Positions 1 through 5,908 of a stretch of 6,388 nt of DNA are shown here, in pieces. The notes under the pieces are model-generated. The model was not told the DNA's origin, ran no database searches, and saw nothing but the letters and a program-made list of their open reading frames with translations. The translations under genes and the position numbers were made by a program. This DNA comes from a virus (lineage: Duplodnaviria > Heunggongvirae > Uroviricota > Caudoviricetes): IMG/VR virus record IMGVR_UViG_2706794694_000010, one strand, 5' to 3'. The stretch's first letter is position 1. Every line of letters begins with the position of its first letter.

Positions 1-107
1 CTCTCGTCTGGGGAATATCTCCCCGGCAGCCTTCAGGGAAAAATATCATCAGATGGCTGCTTAAAAAAAGAACAAATGGTAGTGTCCGCTATTGCCAGTA
101 CACCTCA
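1..107. repeat. Left copy of a perfect 107-bp inverted repeat; exact reverse complement of 6282-6388. Contains an ATG at 76 that opens a 21-codon truncated copy of the N-terminus of the ORF at 6083-6313.
   Basis: Reverse-complemented 6282-6388 by hand and compared base by base: identical for 107 bp, diverging at position 108. The repeat runs to the window edge, so its true length is unknown. Confidence 0.9.
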
Positions 108-293
108 GGATAGCGGTCATGTGATGCCGGTTTCCCGGTAACTCAGCACCGGTATCTGAGTCAACGTTTTCTCTACTGGGTCATTTCCGATACGCCCTGC
201 CTGCTGACAGGCTTTCATCACATCTGAAAATATAGCACCCTGACTGATACTGTAGTACCTAAGGTTCCAGAAACTGTGATGTATCCGGCACAG

Positions 294-314
294 AAAAGCC
301 CCTCCGGAGAGGGC
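294..314 (-). terminator. Possible weak intrinsic terminator on the minus strand (bulged GC-rich hairpin followed by UUUU)
   Basis: Minus strand reads GCCCTCTCCGGAGGGGC then TTTTCTG; the stem is imperfect, with a bulge. Confidence 0.3.
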
Positions 315-511
315 TGGAGAGTGGCGCTATGTGCCATTGCATGATGCCGGGTGCCTCCCGGTGAATTCAGTACCAGCACCTGAATCCGCGATTATCCCAT
401 ATACCTACTCGCTGATTGCCCCTCCGCACAGGGGGATTCACCATGCCAGTTTCTTTTAACAAACTCCCCGCAAAACAGACAACTGTCAACCGTCTGAATT
501 GTGAGACATTT

Positions 512-537
512 AAAAAAAAGGCCCGCAAAAGCGAGCC
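512..537 (-). terminator. Rho-independent terminator downstream of the tRNA cluster
   Basis: Minus strand reads GGCTCGC-TTTT-GCGGGCC (7-bp stem with one G-U pair) followed by eight T, starting 15 nt after the 3' end of the last tRNA. Confidence 0.6.
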
Positions 538-551
538 AGGGAAAATAAGTG

Positions 552-628
552 TGGCGCGTTGTACTGGATTCGAACCAGTGACCGATTGCTTAGAAGGCAA
601 TTGCTCTGTCCGGCTGAGCTAACAACGC
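552..628 (-). tRNA. tRNA-Arg, anticodon UCU (reads AGA)
   Basis: Minus strand GCGTTGTTAGCTCAGCCGGACAGAGCAATTGCCTTCTAAGCAATCGGTCACTGGTTCGAATCCAGTACAACGCGCCA. Hand-folded cloverleaf: 7-bp acceptor stem, D-arm GCTC/GAGC, anticodon stem ATTGC/GCAAT with loop CTTCTAA, T-arm ACTGG-TTCGAAT-CCAGT, discriminator G, encoded CCA. Confidence 0.85.
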
Positions 629-641
629 ATGATGCAGATAA

Positions 642-718
642 TGGACCGCCATCGGGGACTTGAACCCCGCGCAGCCAGCTTCGAAGGCTGGCGCTCTTTC
701 CTGATGAGCTAATGGCGG
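642..718 (-). tRNA. tRNA-Arg, anticodon UCG as read (reads CGA)
   Basis: Minus strand CCGCCATTAGCTCATCAGGAAAGAGCGCCAGCCTTCGAAGCTGGCTGCGCGGGGTTCAAGTCCCCGATGGCGGTCCA. Perfect 7-bp acceptor stem, anticodon stem CCAGC/GCTGG with loop CUUCGAA, T-arm CGGGG-TTCAAGT-CCCCG, encoded CCA. The discriminator is U, unusual for tRNA-Arg, so the amino-acid identity is less certain than the fold. Confidence 0.75.
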
Positions 719-725
719 TATGTGA

Positions 726-801
726 TGGTGGCCCTTGCTGGATTTGAACCAGCGACCTGGCGATTATGAGTCGCTCGCTCTCACCACTGAGCTAAAGGGC
801 C
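726..801 (-). tRNA. tRNA-Ile2-like, anticodon CAU (lysidine type, reads AUA); initiator/elongator Met not excluded
   Basis: Minus strand GGCCCTTTAGCTCAGTGGTGAGAGCGAGCGACTCATAATCGCCAGGTCGCTGGTTCAAATCCAGCAAGGGCCACCA. Closely resembles the E. coli ileX tRNA as I remember it (same acceptor, anticodon loop CTCATAA and T-arm). Good cloverleaf with encoded CCA. Confidence 0.85.
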
Positions 802-810
802 GGGAGCCGC

Positions 811-839
811 ATAATAACGACGCGTAATTAATTCTTCAA
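811..839 (-). promoter_or_regulatory. Candidate sigma70 promoter for the tRNA cluster
   Basis: Minus strand TTGAAG (-35), 17-bp spacer, TATTAT (-10), about 9 nt before the 5' end of tRNA-Ile; sits directly after the methyltransferase stop. Confidence 0.45.
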
Positions 840-841
840 TA

Positions 842-1900
842 TCATCCGTTCTGGCTGACTAAATCCTGTACTTCCCGAACCGTCTGCTCAAAACGTTCAG
901 TCTCCAGCTCAACGCCAATTGCACGACGCCCGAGCGCCAGTGCCGCTTTCACTGTCGAACCCAACCCCATGAAAAAATCTGCAATCAGGTCACCCGGACG
1001 ACTGCTAGCGCTGATTATCTGCTGCAGCATTTCTGCCGGTTTTTCGCACGGATGTTTCCCGGGATAGAACTGCACCGGTTTATGCGTCCACACATCGGTA
1101 TACGGCACCTGCACCGTCACGCCAAAATACCGCCGCAGATGTTTATATTCACTCAGCAGCTCCGCATACTGCCGGTTCAGTGAGGTATACGTATCCACCA
1201 GCTGGTGGTGGAGCTTTTCCAGTTCACCACGCCGATGCTTCTCTTCTGCCACCCGGGCAAACAGCGCCTGTAATTTCAGATAATCGCTTTCATTCGGCAA
1301 CTGCCACTGACCGGCACTGAACCAGTGCGACACCATGTTTTTCTTTCCTGTGGCATCTGCAATCTGTTTTGCCGTTATCCCCAGGGCAGCTCGCGCATCA
1401 CGAAAGTAAGAAATCAGCGGGGCCATCACATGCTGTTTCAGTGCACTGCCCTTCGCCGCATACCCGGCATCTTTCGGACGATACGGCCCCTGATAATGTT
1501 CCGCGAACAGAATGCGCTCTGTGGCGGGGAAATACGCCCGCAGGCTTTCCTTGTTGCATCCGTTCCAGCGTCCGGACGGCTTCGCCCAGATAATATGGTT
1601 CAGCACACTGAAGCGTTCACGCATCATGATTTCGATATCAGATGCCAGGCGATGACCACAGAACAGGTAAAGACTTCCGGCAGGTTTCAGCACCCGCCAG
1701 AACTGCGCCAGACACTGGTCCAGCCACTTCAGGTAATCATCGTCGCCCTTCCACTGGTTATCCCAGCCCTCAGGCTTCACTTTAAAGTACGGCGGGTCCG
1801 TGACTATCAGGTCAACAGAATTTTCGGGTAACGACCGGATAAATTCCAGGCAGTCGGCGTTGATTAACTCACAACTGGATATTTTTACAGTATTAAGCAT
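842..1900 (-). CDS. DNA methyltransferase, beta-class amino-methyltransferase (probably N6-adenine), no restriction enzyme partner in the window
   Basis: 352-aa ORF. N-terminal catalytic motif IV VTDPPYF, central HPCEKP resembling the HPTQKP motif of these enzymes, and C-terminal AdoMet motif I DFFMGLGSTVKAALALGRRAIGVE; this motif order is typical of the beta class. Confidence 0.85.
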   Translation of the reverse strand: MLNTVKISSCELINADCLEFIRSLPENSVDLIVTDPPYFKVKPEGWDNQWKGDDDYLKWLDQCLAQFWRVLKPAGSLYLFCGHRLASDIEIMMRERFSVLNHIIWAKPSGRWNGCNKESLRAYFPATERILFAEHYQGPYRPKDAGYAAKGSALKQHVMAPLISYFRDARAALGITAKQIADATGKKNMVSHWFSAGQWQLPNESDYLKLQALFARVAEEKHRRGELEKLHHQLVDTYTSLNRQYAELLSEYKHLRRYFGVTVQVPYTDVWTHKPVQFYPGKHPCEKPAEMLQQIISASSRPGDLIADFFMGLGSTVKAALALGRRAIGVELETERFEQTVREVQDLVSQNG

Positions 1901-1932
1901 GGATCATTAAGCCTGTCTCTGATAGGCTCATT

Positions 1933-1951
1933 CTGCTTTTGCGCAAAGCAG
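1933..1951. promoter_or_regulatory. Dyad-symmetry element CTGCTTT-N5-AAAGCAG upstream of the methyltransferase start; candidate operator
   Basis: 7-bp perfect arms around a 5-bp TGCGC core, 33 bp upstream of the methyltransferase ATG; overlaps a weak -35-like TTGCGC on the minus strand. Confidence 0.3.
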
Positions 1952-1993
1952 TGGGCCTGAGGTTTGCTTGTGAACCCAACGCATGAGCAGATG

Positions 1994-2022
1994 GCTGGTG
2001 GGTGCCCCTAACACCCACCAGC
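1994..2022. repeat. Perfect 11-bp inverted repeat GCTGGTGGGTG-N7-CACCCACCAGC; stable hairpin or protein-binding palindrome, function unknown
   Basis: Exact reverse-complement arms with a 7-nt spacer; no U-tract follows on either strand, so it is not a canonical terminator. Confidence 0.5.
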
Positions 2023-2036
2023 CGCCCATTTACCAC

Positions 2037-2064
2037 AAATAAAAAAGCCTTCACTGCGGAAGGC
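2037..2064 (-). terminator. Intrinsic terminator immediately after the small ORF
   Basis: Minus strand GCCTTC-CGCAGT-GAAGGC followed by TTTTTTATTT; the hairpin overlaps the ORF stop codon. Confidence 0.55.
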
Positions 2065-2248
2065 GTCTGTAACAACCGAACTGATAGTCTGCCAGACCCG
2101 CCATAACCAGCTGGGTCAGTATTAACTGGCAGCGTTCGCGTGAAAGGTAAGTATTCTGCGCTATCTCCCCGACTGTCGCCGGTTCGGTAACGCTTAATTC
2201 ATTAAACACCACTCTGGCGGTTTCTGTCATATCCTGCTGTTTTAGCAT
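2051..2248 (-). CDS. Small hypothetical protein (65 aa), possible winged-helix DNA-binding fold
   Basis: ORF with an AAGGA Shine-Dalgarno 7-8 nt upstream. The segment TVGEIAQNTYLSRERCQLILTQLVMAGLAD has a helix-turn-helix-like pattern, with a loose resemblance to PapI/FaeA-type small regulators; judged by eye only. Confidence 0.5.
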   Translation of the reverse strand: MLKQQDMTETARVVFNELSVTEPATVGEIAQNTYLSRERCQLILTQLVMAGLADYQFGCYRRLPQ

Positions 2249-2368
2249 GTCTTTTCCTTTTCCGGTTAACGTGACACACCAATAACTCTTGTCGAAAAAG
2301 CCAGCAAGCTGAAAGACAGGTATTCACCGCCACCAGCGCGTTTACTGTACTGACGCGATTTCAGTCAT

Positions 2369-2391
2369 AAAAAACCCGCTCGGCGGCGGGT
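2369..2391 (-). terminator. tR'-like intrinsic terminator downstream of the late promoter
   Basis: Minus strand CCCGC-CGCCGA-GCGGG followed by TTTTTT, about 35 nt downstream of the pause element. Confidence 0.65.
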
Positions 2392-2424
2392 TGTAGAAAC
2401 TCTTCTAACGTCAGGCATAAAACG

Positions 2425-2467
2425 CCCATCGTTATAACGAATTTACCACAGATTCCGGAAAAATCAA
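2425..2467 (-). promoter_or_regulatory. Lambda-type late promoter pR' with promoter-proximal sigma70 pause element (Q engagement region)
   Basis: Minus strand TTGATT (-35), 16-bp spacer, TAAATT (-10), 6 nt, then AACGATGGG. Lambda pR' has the same TAAATT, the same 6-nt spacing and the same AACGATGGG, as I recall it. It lies immediately downstream of the Q ORF. Confidence 0.7.
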
Positions 2468-2472
2468 CCTTG

Positions 2473-3294
2473 TTACCTAGTTACCTTTTTTAACTGCCGC
2501 TCAGCCCATGCTTCTTCAATATCAAACCGGGTCACCAGCGCATCATAAAATTTCTTAACTGTTTTTTCCCATGACGCGCGTGTTATCTGGTTTGTCACCT
2601 CGCATATAGCATTAAATGCCTCCGTTGATGGTAGTCTTTCATAGCCACGACCACCACAACGCTGGCAGTCTCTGATAACAGGCATACCACGTTTTACCGA
2701 CTCTTCACGATGAATGGCGACACCACGCCCACGGCAATCCTTACAGGCGGTGGAAACCTCACCCTTTCCGCCACACTCCGGACAGGCAACTTTTACCACC
2801 TCCCTGACTTTTTTCCATTCTTCCCAGTAAGACGGATACACACCTTTCGTACACTTTGCCCATACCGGCGGCTTACCATCCGGATACTGGATCTTGTTTG
2901 TAAAAACCTCGCTTTCAATAAATTTTTTTCCGTGACAGCAGGGGCACTGTTTTTTGCTCGCCGCGCTACGGGCATAATCTTCAAACGCATACGAAGCCAT
3001 AATACGCATCACTGCCGGTTTTATTTCTGCCGGGAGTTTTCTTAACGCCGCCACGCGATCACACCGACTGAGTGCATATTCTGTCAGCAATTCTGTTGCC
3101 CGCTCTCTGTCATTCATACTAATGCCCATTTTCCCAAGGAACGCAGAAACCCCCATCTCAGCCCGATTCTGTGTCATGCCCTGCGCGGCCATCACATCAG
3201 TGATACTCAGCGCATCTTTCGACGTTGAGGCCGATGCATCAGTCAGGCCGGGGGATTTTGGGGAGTAGTATTTCGGTAAATCTTCCAGTTTCAT
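2473..3294 (-). CDS. Q: Late-gene antitermination protein Q, lambda-Q family, with an expanded Cys-rich zinc-binding region
   Basis: 273-aa ORF. N-terminus MKLEDLPKYYSPKSP...TDVMAAQGM and C-terminus FYDALVTR...VTR parallel lambda Q; four CxxC pairs. The ATG overlaps the rusA stop (ATGA). Confidence 0.85.
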   Translation of the reverse strand: MKLEDLPKYYSPKSPGLTDASASTSKDALSITDVMAAQGMTQNRAEMGVSAFLGKMGISMNDRERATELLTEYALSRCDRVAALRKLPAEIKPAVMRIMASYAFEDYARSAASKKQCPCCHGKKFIESEVFTNKIQYPDGKPPVWAKCTKGVYPSYWEEWKKVREVVKVACPECGGKGEVSTACKDCRGRGVAIHREESVKRGMPVIRDCQRCGGRGYERLPSTEAFNAICEVTNQITRASWEKTVKKFYDALVTRFDIEEAWAERQLKKVTR

Positions 3295-3671
3295 TTTTTG
3301 ACCTGCCCTTCAAGCATTATGGGATAAATCTTCACCCCCAGACGTCCACCAGATACTGGCTGAGCACGAACGATATTGATTTCATCAAACTGCTCATCGT
3401 CCATTAGCAACCCCGCATGCGTCAGCGCATCCAGCGGCGCTTTCAGAATATTGTCCAGGTCACGGCGGCGCTTATCCGGTGGTTCTGCAATAATTTTTAT
3501 TGCCAACCTTCCGGACAGGCTTAATTTCAGCCGCTGCTGGCGAACAATAAGCGCCACTGCCCGGCGATAACGCTCCCCGGCTTTTGATACAAAATATGTG
3601 CTGCCACGACGACGCCAGTAAGTGTTCACCGTCGGCGGGTAAGGTAAAACAAATTCTATGCGCTCGGTCAT
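3291..3671 (-). CDS. rusA: Crossover junction endodeoxyribonuclease RusA (Holliday-junction resolvase)
   Basis: 126-aa ORF with LPYPPTVNTYW, PDKRRRDLDN, DALTHAGLLMDDEQF and GGRL motifs matching RusA. Its ATG directly abuts the upstream stop (TAAATG). Confidence 0.9.
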   Translation of the reverse strand: MTERIEFVLPYPPTVNTYWRRRGSTYFVSKAGERYRRAVALIVRQQRLKLSLSGRLAIKIIAEPPDKRRRDLDNILKAPLDALTHAGLLMDDEQFDEINIVRAQPVSGGRLGVKIYPIMLEGQVKK

Positions 3672-4730
3672 TTATGCTTTCCACTTCAGAACACCCGAAT
3701 TTCTCGCGTGCATTAAAAAACGAATCAGCAACAACAGCTGACTGCCGTGTTTCTCTTCAAAATCTTTTACTCCGGCATGTAGTTCGTTACGGCATTTACG
3801 GCATAACGGAATAACAAACAAATCATCAGCCTTTGTTCCCATCCCTCCCAGTCCATGACCAATGATGTGATGCGGATCATCTGCCTGATTGCCACACGTC
3901 ATGCATTTCTGCGTTTTTACCCAGCGCGTGTATACAGGCATCTCTTCCCGTTGTGATTTCTGGCGCTGGAGATACTGAGCCGGTGACTCCGGATCAACGG
4001 CAATGCTGACCACCGTCTTTTCCTGTGGTGGGTTCTGTTGCTGGTGGACGTGAGGCAGTAACGCAATATTTTTTGTGCGCTGCTTCAGTATGCTGGTGGC
4101 TGTCTGCTCTCCCGGTATGATGTCGCTTTCACTGTACACAGAGCGAATTTTTTCCGCACGCAACCCCAGCGAACGACGTAATACCGCTTCCGGTAGCGCG
4201 TCCGCCACCTGATTGCGGACCGCCCACCAGGATAATTCAGCCAGAGATAATTCACGCTCCTGCGTACCGCTTATTGCGTGACCGATGACGTCAATCATCC
4301 ATGCTGACAGGTTTTGATGAGCAAGTTGCTCGAGTGATTCGGATGTCTGGTCACGCAGCTGGTTGTCGCAGTGCCAGCACAACACCATTGCGCCGGTACC
4401 ATAACGGTGAATGACGGTTTCGCTGTGATGATAATCGCCGTGTGGCCACTGGCAGGATTTAATATGGCGCAACAGCCAGTCAGACAATGCACCAGCACCA
4501 CCAGCAGCACGAATCACCCGTGCGTTACTGAAAAACGGCAGCAATGTTTTGTCTTCCACCAGCGGCTGGCGAGCGGCAGGAACGACCCCGGACGGCAGAT
4601 TACGCATGCTTTTTGGTTCCGGCTCCACCAGTATTCTGCCGTTATGGAATGCTGACATTGATTCACGGCCTGGCTTAACGATAACCAGACCGAGTTCCGG
4701 TACCAGAACAGGTCGAAGTAATACCCGCAC
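3672..4730 (-). CDS. Prophage protein of the DUF968 / YdfU-like type with a C-terminal Cys/His HNH-like motif
   Basis: 352-aa ORF; C-terminal CMTCGN...HHIIGHGLGG...IPLCRKCRNELH. The GTG at 4730 has a GGAGG Shine-Dalgarno 4 nt upstream; an internal ATG at 4658 is an alternative start. Family assignment is from memory. Confidence 0.75.
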   Translation of the reverse strand: MRVLLRPVLVPELGLVIVKPGRESMSAFHNGRILVEPEPKSMRNLPSGVVPAARQPLVEDKTLLPFFSNARVIRAAGGAGALSDWLLRHIKSCQWPHGDYHHSETVIHRYGTGAMVLCWHCDNQLRDQTSESLEQLAHQNLSAWMIDVIGHAISGTQERELSLAELSWWAVRNQVADALPEAVLRRSLGLRAEKIRSVYSESDIIPGEQTATSILKQRTKNIALLPHVHQQQNPPQEKTVVSIAVDPESPAQYLQRQKSQREEMPVYTRWVKTQKCMTCGNQADDPHHIIGHGLGGMGTKADDLFVIPLCRKCRNELHAGVKDFEEKHGSQLLLLIRFLMHARNSGVLKWKA

Positions 4731-4805
4731 ATTACCTCCAGATCCGTTGCTGGAATGTGCGGGACGGACGCGTTGGCCGTTCGGAGTAAGGGAGCCTGAC
4801 GGAGA

Positions 4806-5087
4806 TTATCCAGTGACGGTAGTCGAGGCTAAGGGCTTTTTTAACCTCGCATCCGCGCCTGCGGTAACACTGAATGAGCCATTCGGCCTGTTCTTCAGTG
4901 CATGGGGGATGCTGGTACCAATCAGATTTAAATGCGTGAGAGCGCCGCCCGTGCCTGCTGGCAAAGACGGCTGAATTATCAGAATTGTGTAGTCTGGAAG
5001 GCAGTGGCTGACAATAGCGCCATTCTCAACGCGCACAGTATAGAGGCCATCTTCACTAAAAATTTCACGTAATTCTTCGATTTTCAT
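4806..5087 (-). CDS. Hypothetical small protein; reading frame uncertain (possible frameshift or pseudogene)
   Basis: ATG at 5087 with GGAAGG 9 nt upstream gives MKIEELREIFSEDGLYTVRVENGAIVSHCLPDYTILI... A second frame, open from 5025 to 4735 with no start codon, gives a protein-like sequence ending in a TAA inside the next gene's ribosome-binding site. Confidence 0.35.
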   Translation of the reverse strand: MKIEELREIFSEDGLYTVRVENGAIVSHCLPDYTILIIQPSLPAGTGGALTHLNLIGTSIPHALKNRPNGSFSVTAGADARLKKPLASTTVTG

Positions 5088-5169
5088 CAACAGAATCCTT
5101 CCAGATAAATAGCACTCCCCTGTTCGGGGTCCATCCCTCTTCTCCCTGCGCGCTACTTAAGTATTTTTG

Positions 5170-5199
5170 ATTCTATTCCGGCACCATCTAAAACTTCAA
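5170..5199 (-). promoter_or_regulatory. Candidate sigma70 promoter
   Basis: Minus strand TTGAAG (-35), 18-bp spacer, TAGAAT (-10), about 80 nt upstream of the ATG at 5087. Confidence 0.35.
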
Positions 5200-5207
5200 A
5201 CGCGTTG

Positions 5208-5238
5208 AAAATAAAAACAAAAACCCGCCGAAGCGGGT
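5208..5238 (-). terminator. Intrinsic terminator with UUCG tetraloop
   Basis: Minus strand ACCCGC-UUCG-GCGGGU followed by TTTTTGTTTTTATTTT. Confidence 0.6.
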
Positions 5239-5332
5239 TAAGTGTGGGTGCATTGAGGATGCCTGCCCCATCAGAGGTGGCGAGGGATTTCTCCCCCGCC
5301 TGGTCTCTTACTCCTCAGGTTCGTAAGCTGTG

Positions 5333-5418
5333 NNNNNNNNNNNNNNNNNNNNNNNNNNNNNNNNNNNNNNNNNNNNNNNNNNNNNNNNNNNNNNNNNNNN
5401 NNNNNNNNNNNNNNNNNN
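5333..5418. other. Run of 86 N: scaffold or assembly gap of unknown true length
   Basis: Literal n characters in the sequence. Confidence 0.99.
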
Positions 5419-5563
5419 TGAGACAGATAGCCTCAAGCACCCGCTGCAATTCTACTTAACTCTCCTTTTCCCGCAAACCGTTTTTATCCCCAGCGGCAAA
5501 TCGAATACACCACCAGCGCCACCGCCATCGCAATTCCTACCGTTGTTAATGCTTCAGGCCAGG

Positions 5564-5908
5564 TCATCGTAAAATATCCTCCACGCTTATCAGTCCGTTC
5601 CGCTCCAGATAACTCATCGCCTTATCCGGTAATTTGCAGTCTGGCTTCGCTTTCCTCAGTTGCCAGGTTAACTGCTTTACCAGCATGGTTAACTCATCGA
5701 CCAGACGCTGATATCCCACTGGTTTGTATTCATGCAATTTACCGGCTGGCTCTGCTGCCAGCGATACCAGTGCGATTTCCAGAACAGCAATATCCATCTT
5801 ATATGTGCGGATGATGTCATGGTCGATTGTGCCCGGTATGCACAGTCTCTGTGCTTCAATAGTCTCCTCTGCGTGAGCTATTAACTGCTCTCTGGTAAAA
5901 GTCGTCAT
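5564..5908 (-). CDS. Hypothetical protein (114 aa), paralogous at its N-terminal half to the adjacent 55-aa ORF
   Basis: ORF whose ATG overlaps the upstream stop (ATGA). Shares MTT(I/F)T(K/R)E and IAL(A/V)SL(E/A)AEP with the 55-aa ORF. Confidence 0.65.
   Translation of the reverse strand: MTTFTREQLIAHAEETIEAQRLCIPGTIDHDIIRTYKMDIAVLEIALVSLAAEPAGKLHEYKPVGYQRLVDELTMLVKQLTWQLRKAKPDCKLPDKAMSYLERNGLISVEDILR

Noticed and set aside
20-50. CCTTCAGGG in the repeat as a lambda boxB/nut-like site
   Set aside because: The sequence does not form the boxB stem-loop (GCCCT-GAAAA-AGGGC); only a half-site resemblance.
1-107. Terminal inverted repeats as the ends of an IS element or transposon
   Set aside because: 107 bp is far longer than typical IS inverted repeats, no transposase ORF lies between them, the termini do not match IS families I can recall, and the repeat contains the start of an ordinary phage ORF.
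367-622. Track ORFs 367..600 (-) and 416..622 (+), 77 and 68 aa
   Set aside because: Both run through the tRNA-Arg gene and its terminator hairpin and have no ribosome-binding site; they are chance open frames across structured RNA-coding DNA.
1325-1831. Plus-strand ORFs 1325..1831 and 1369..1593 inside the methyltransferase gene
   Set aside because: Antisense to a well-supported CDS with clear catalytic motifs; Arg/Pro/His-rich translations typical of wrong-strand frames.
1893-2075. Track ORF 1893..2075 (-), 60 aa, spanning the small-ORF/methyltransferase intergenic region
   Set aside because: It translates straight through the terminator and both palindromic elements, overlaps two better-supported genes out of frame, and has no ribosome-binding site.
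2710-4732. Internal and antisense ORFs within Q, rusA and the DUF968 gene (2710..3045 +, 2793..2990 -, 3225..3407 +, 3376..3570 +, 3472..3684 -, 3584..3814 +, 4295..4510 -, 4371..4655 +, 4514..4732 -)
   Set aside because: All overlap stronger motif-supported CDSs in alternative frames or on the opposite strand; compositions are Trp/Cys/Arg-rich and low-complexity, consistent with off-frame noise.
4549-4974. Plus-strand ORF 4549..4974 (141 aa)
   Set aside because: Antisense to the DUF968 N-terminus and the upstream ORF; no ribosome-binding site, and every supported gene in the window is on the minus strand.
5205-5572. Track ORFs 5205..5459 (+) and 5330..5572 (+) containing runs of X
   Set aside because: They are open only because the N gap has no stop codons; artefacts of the scaffold gap.
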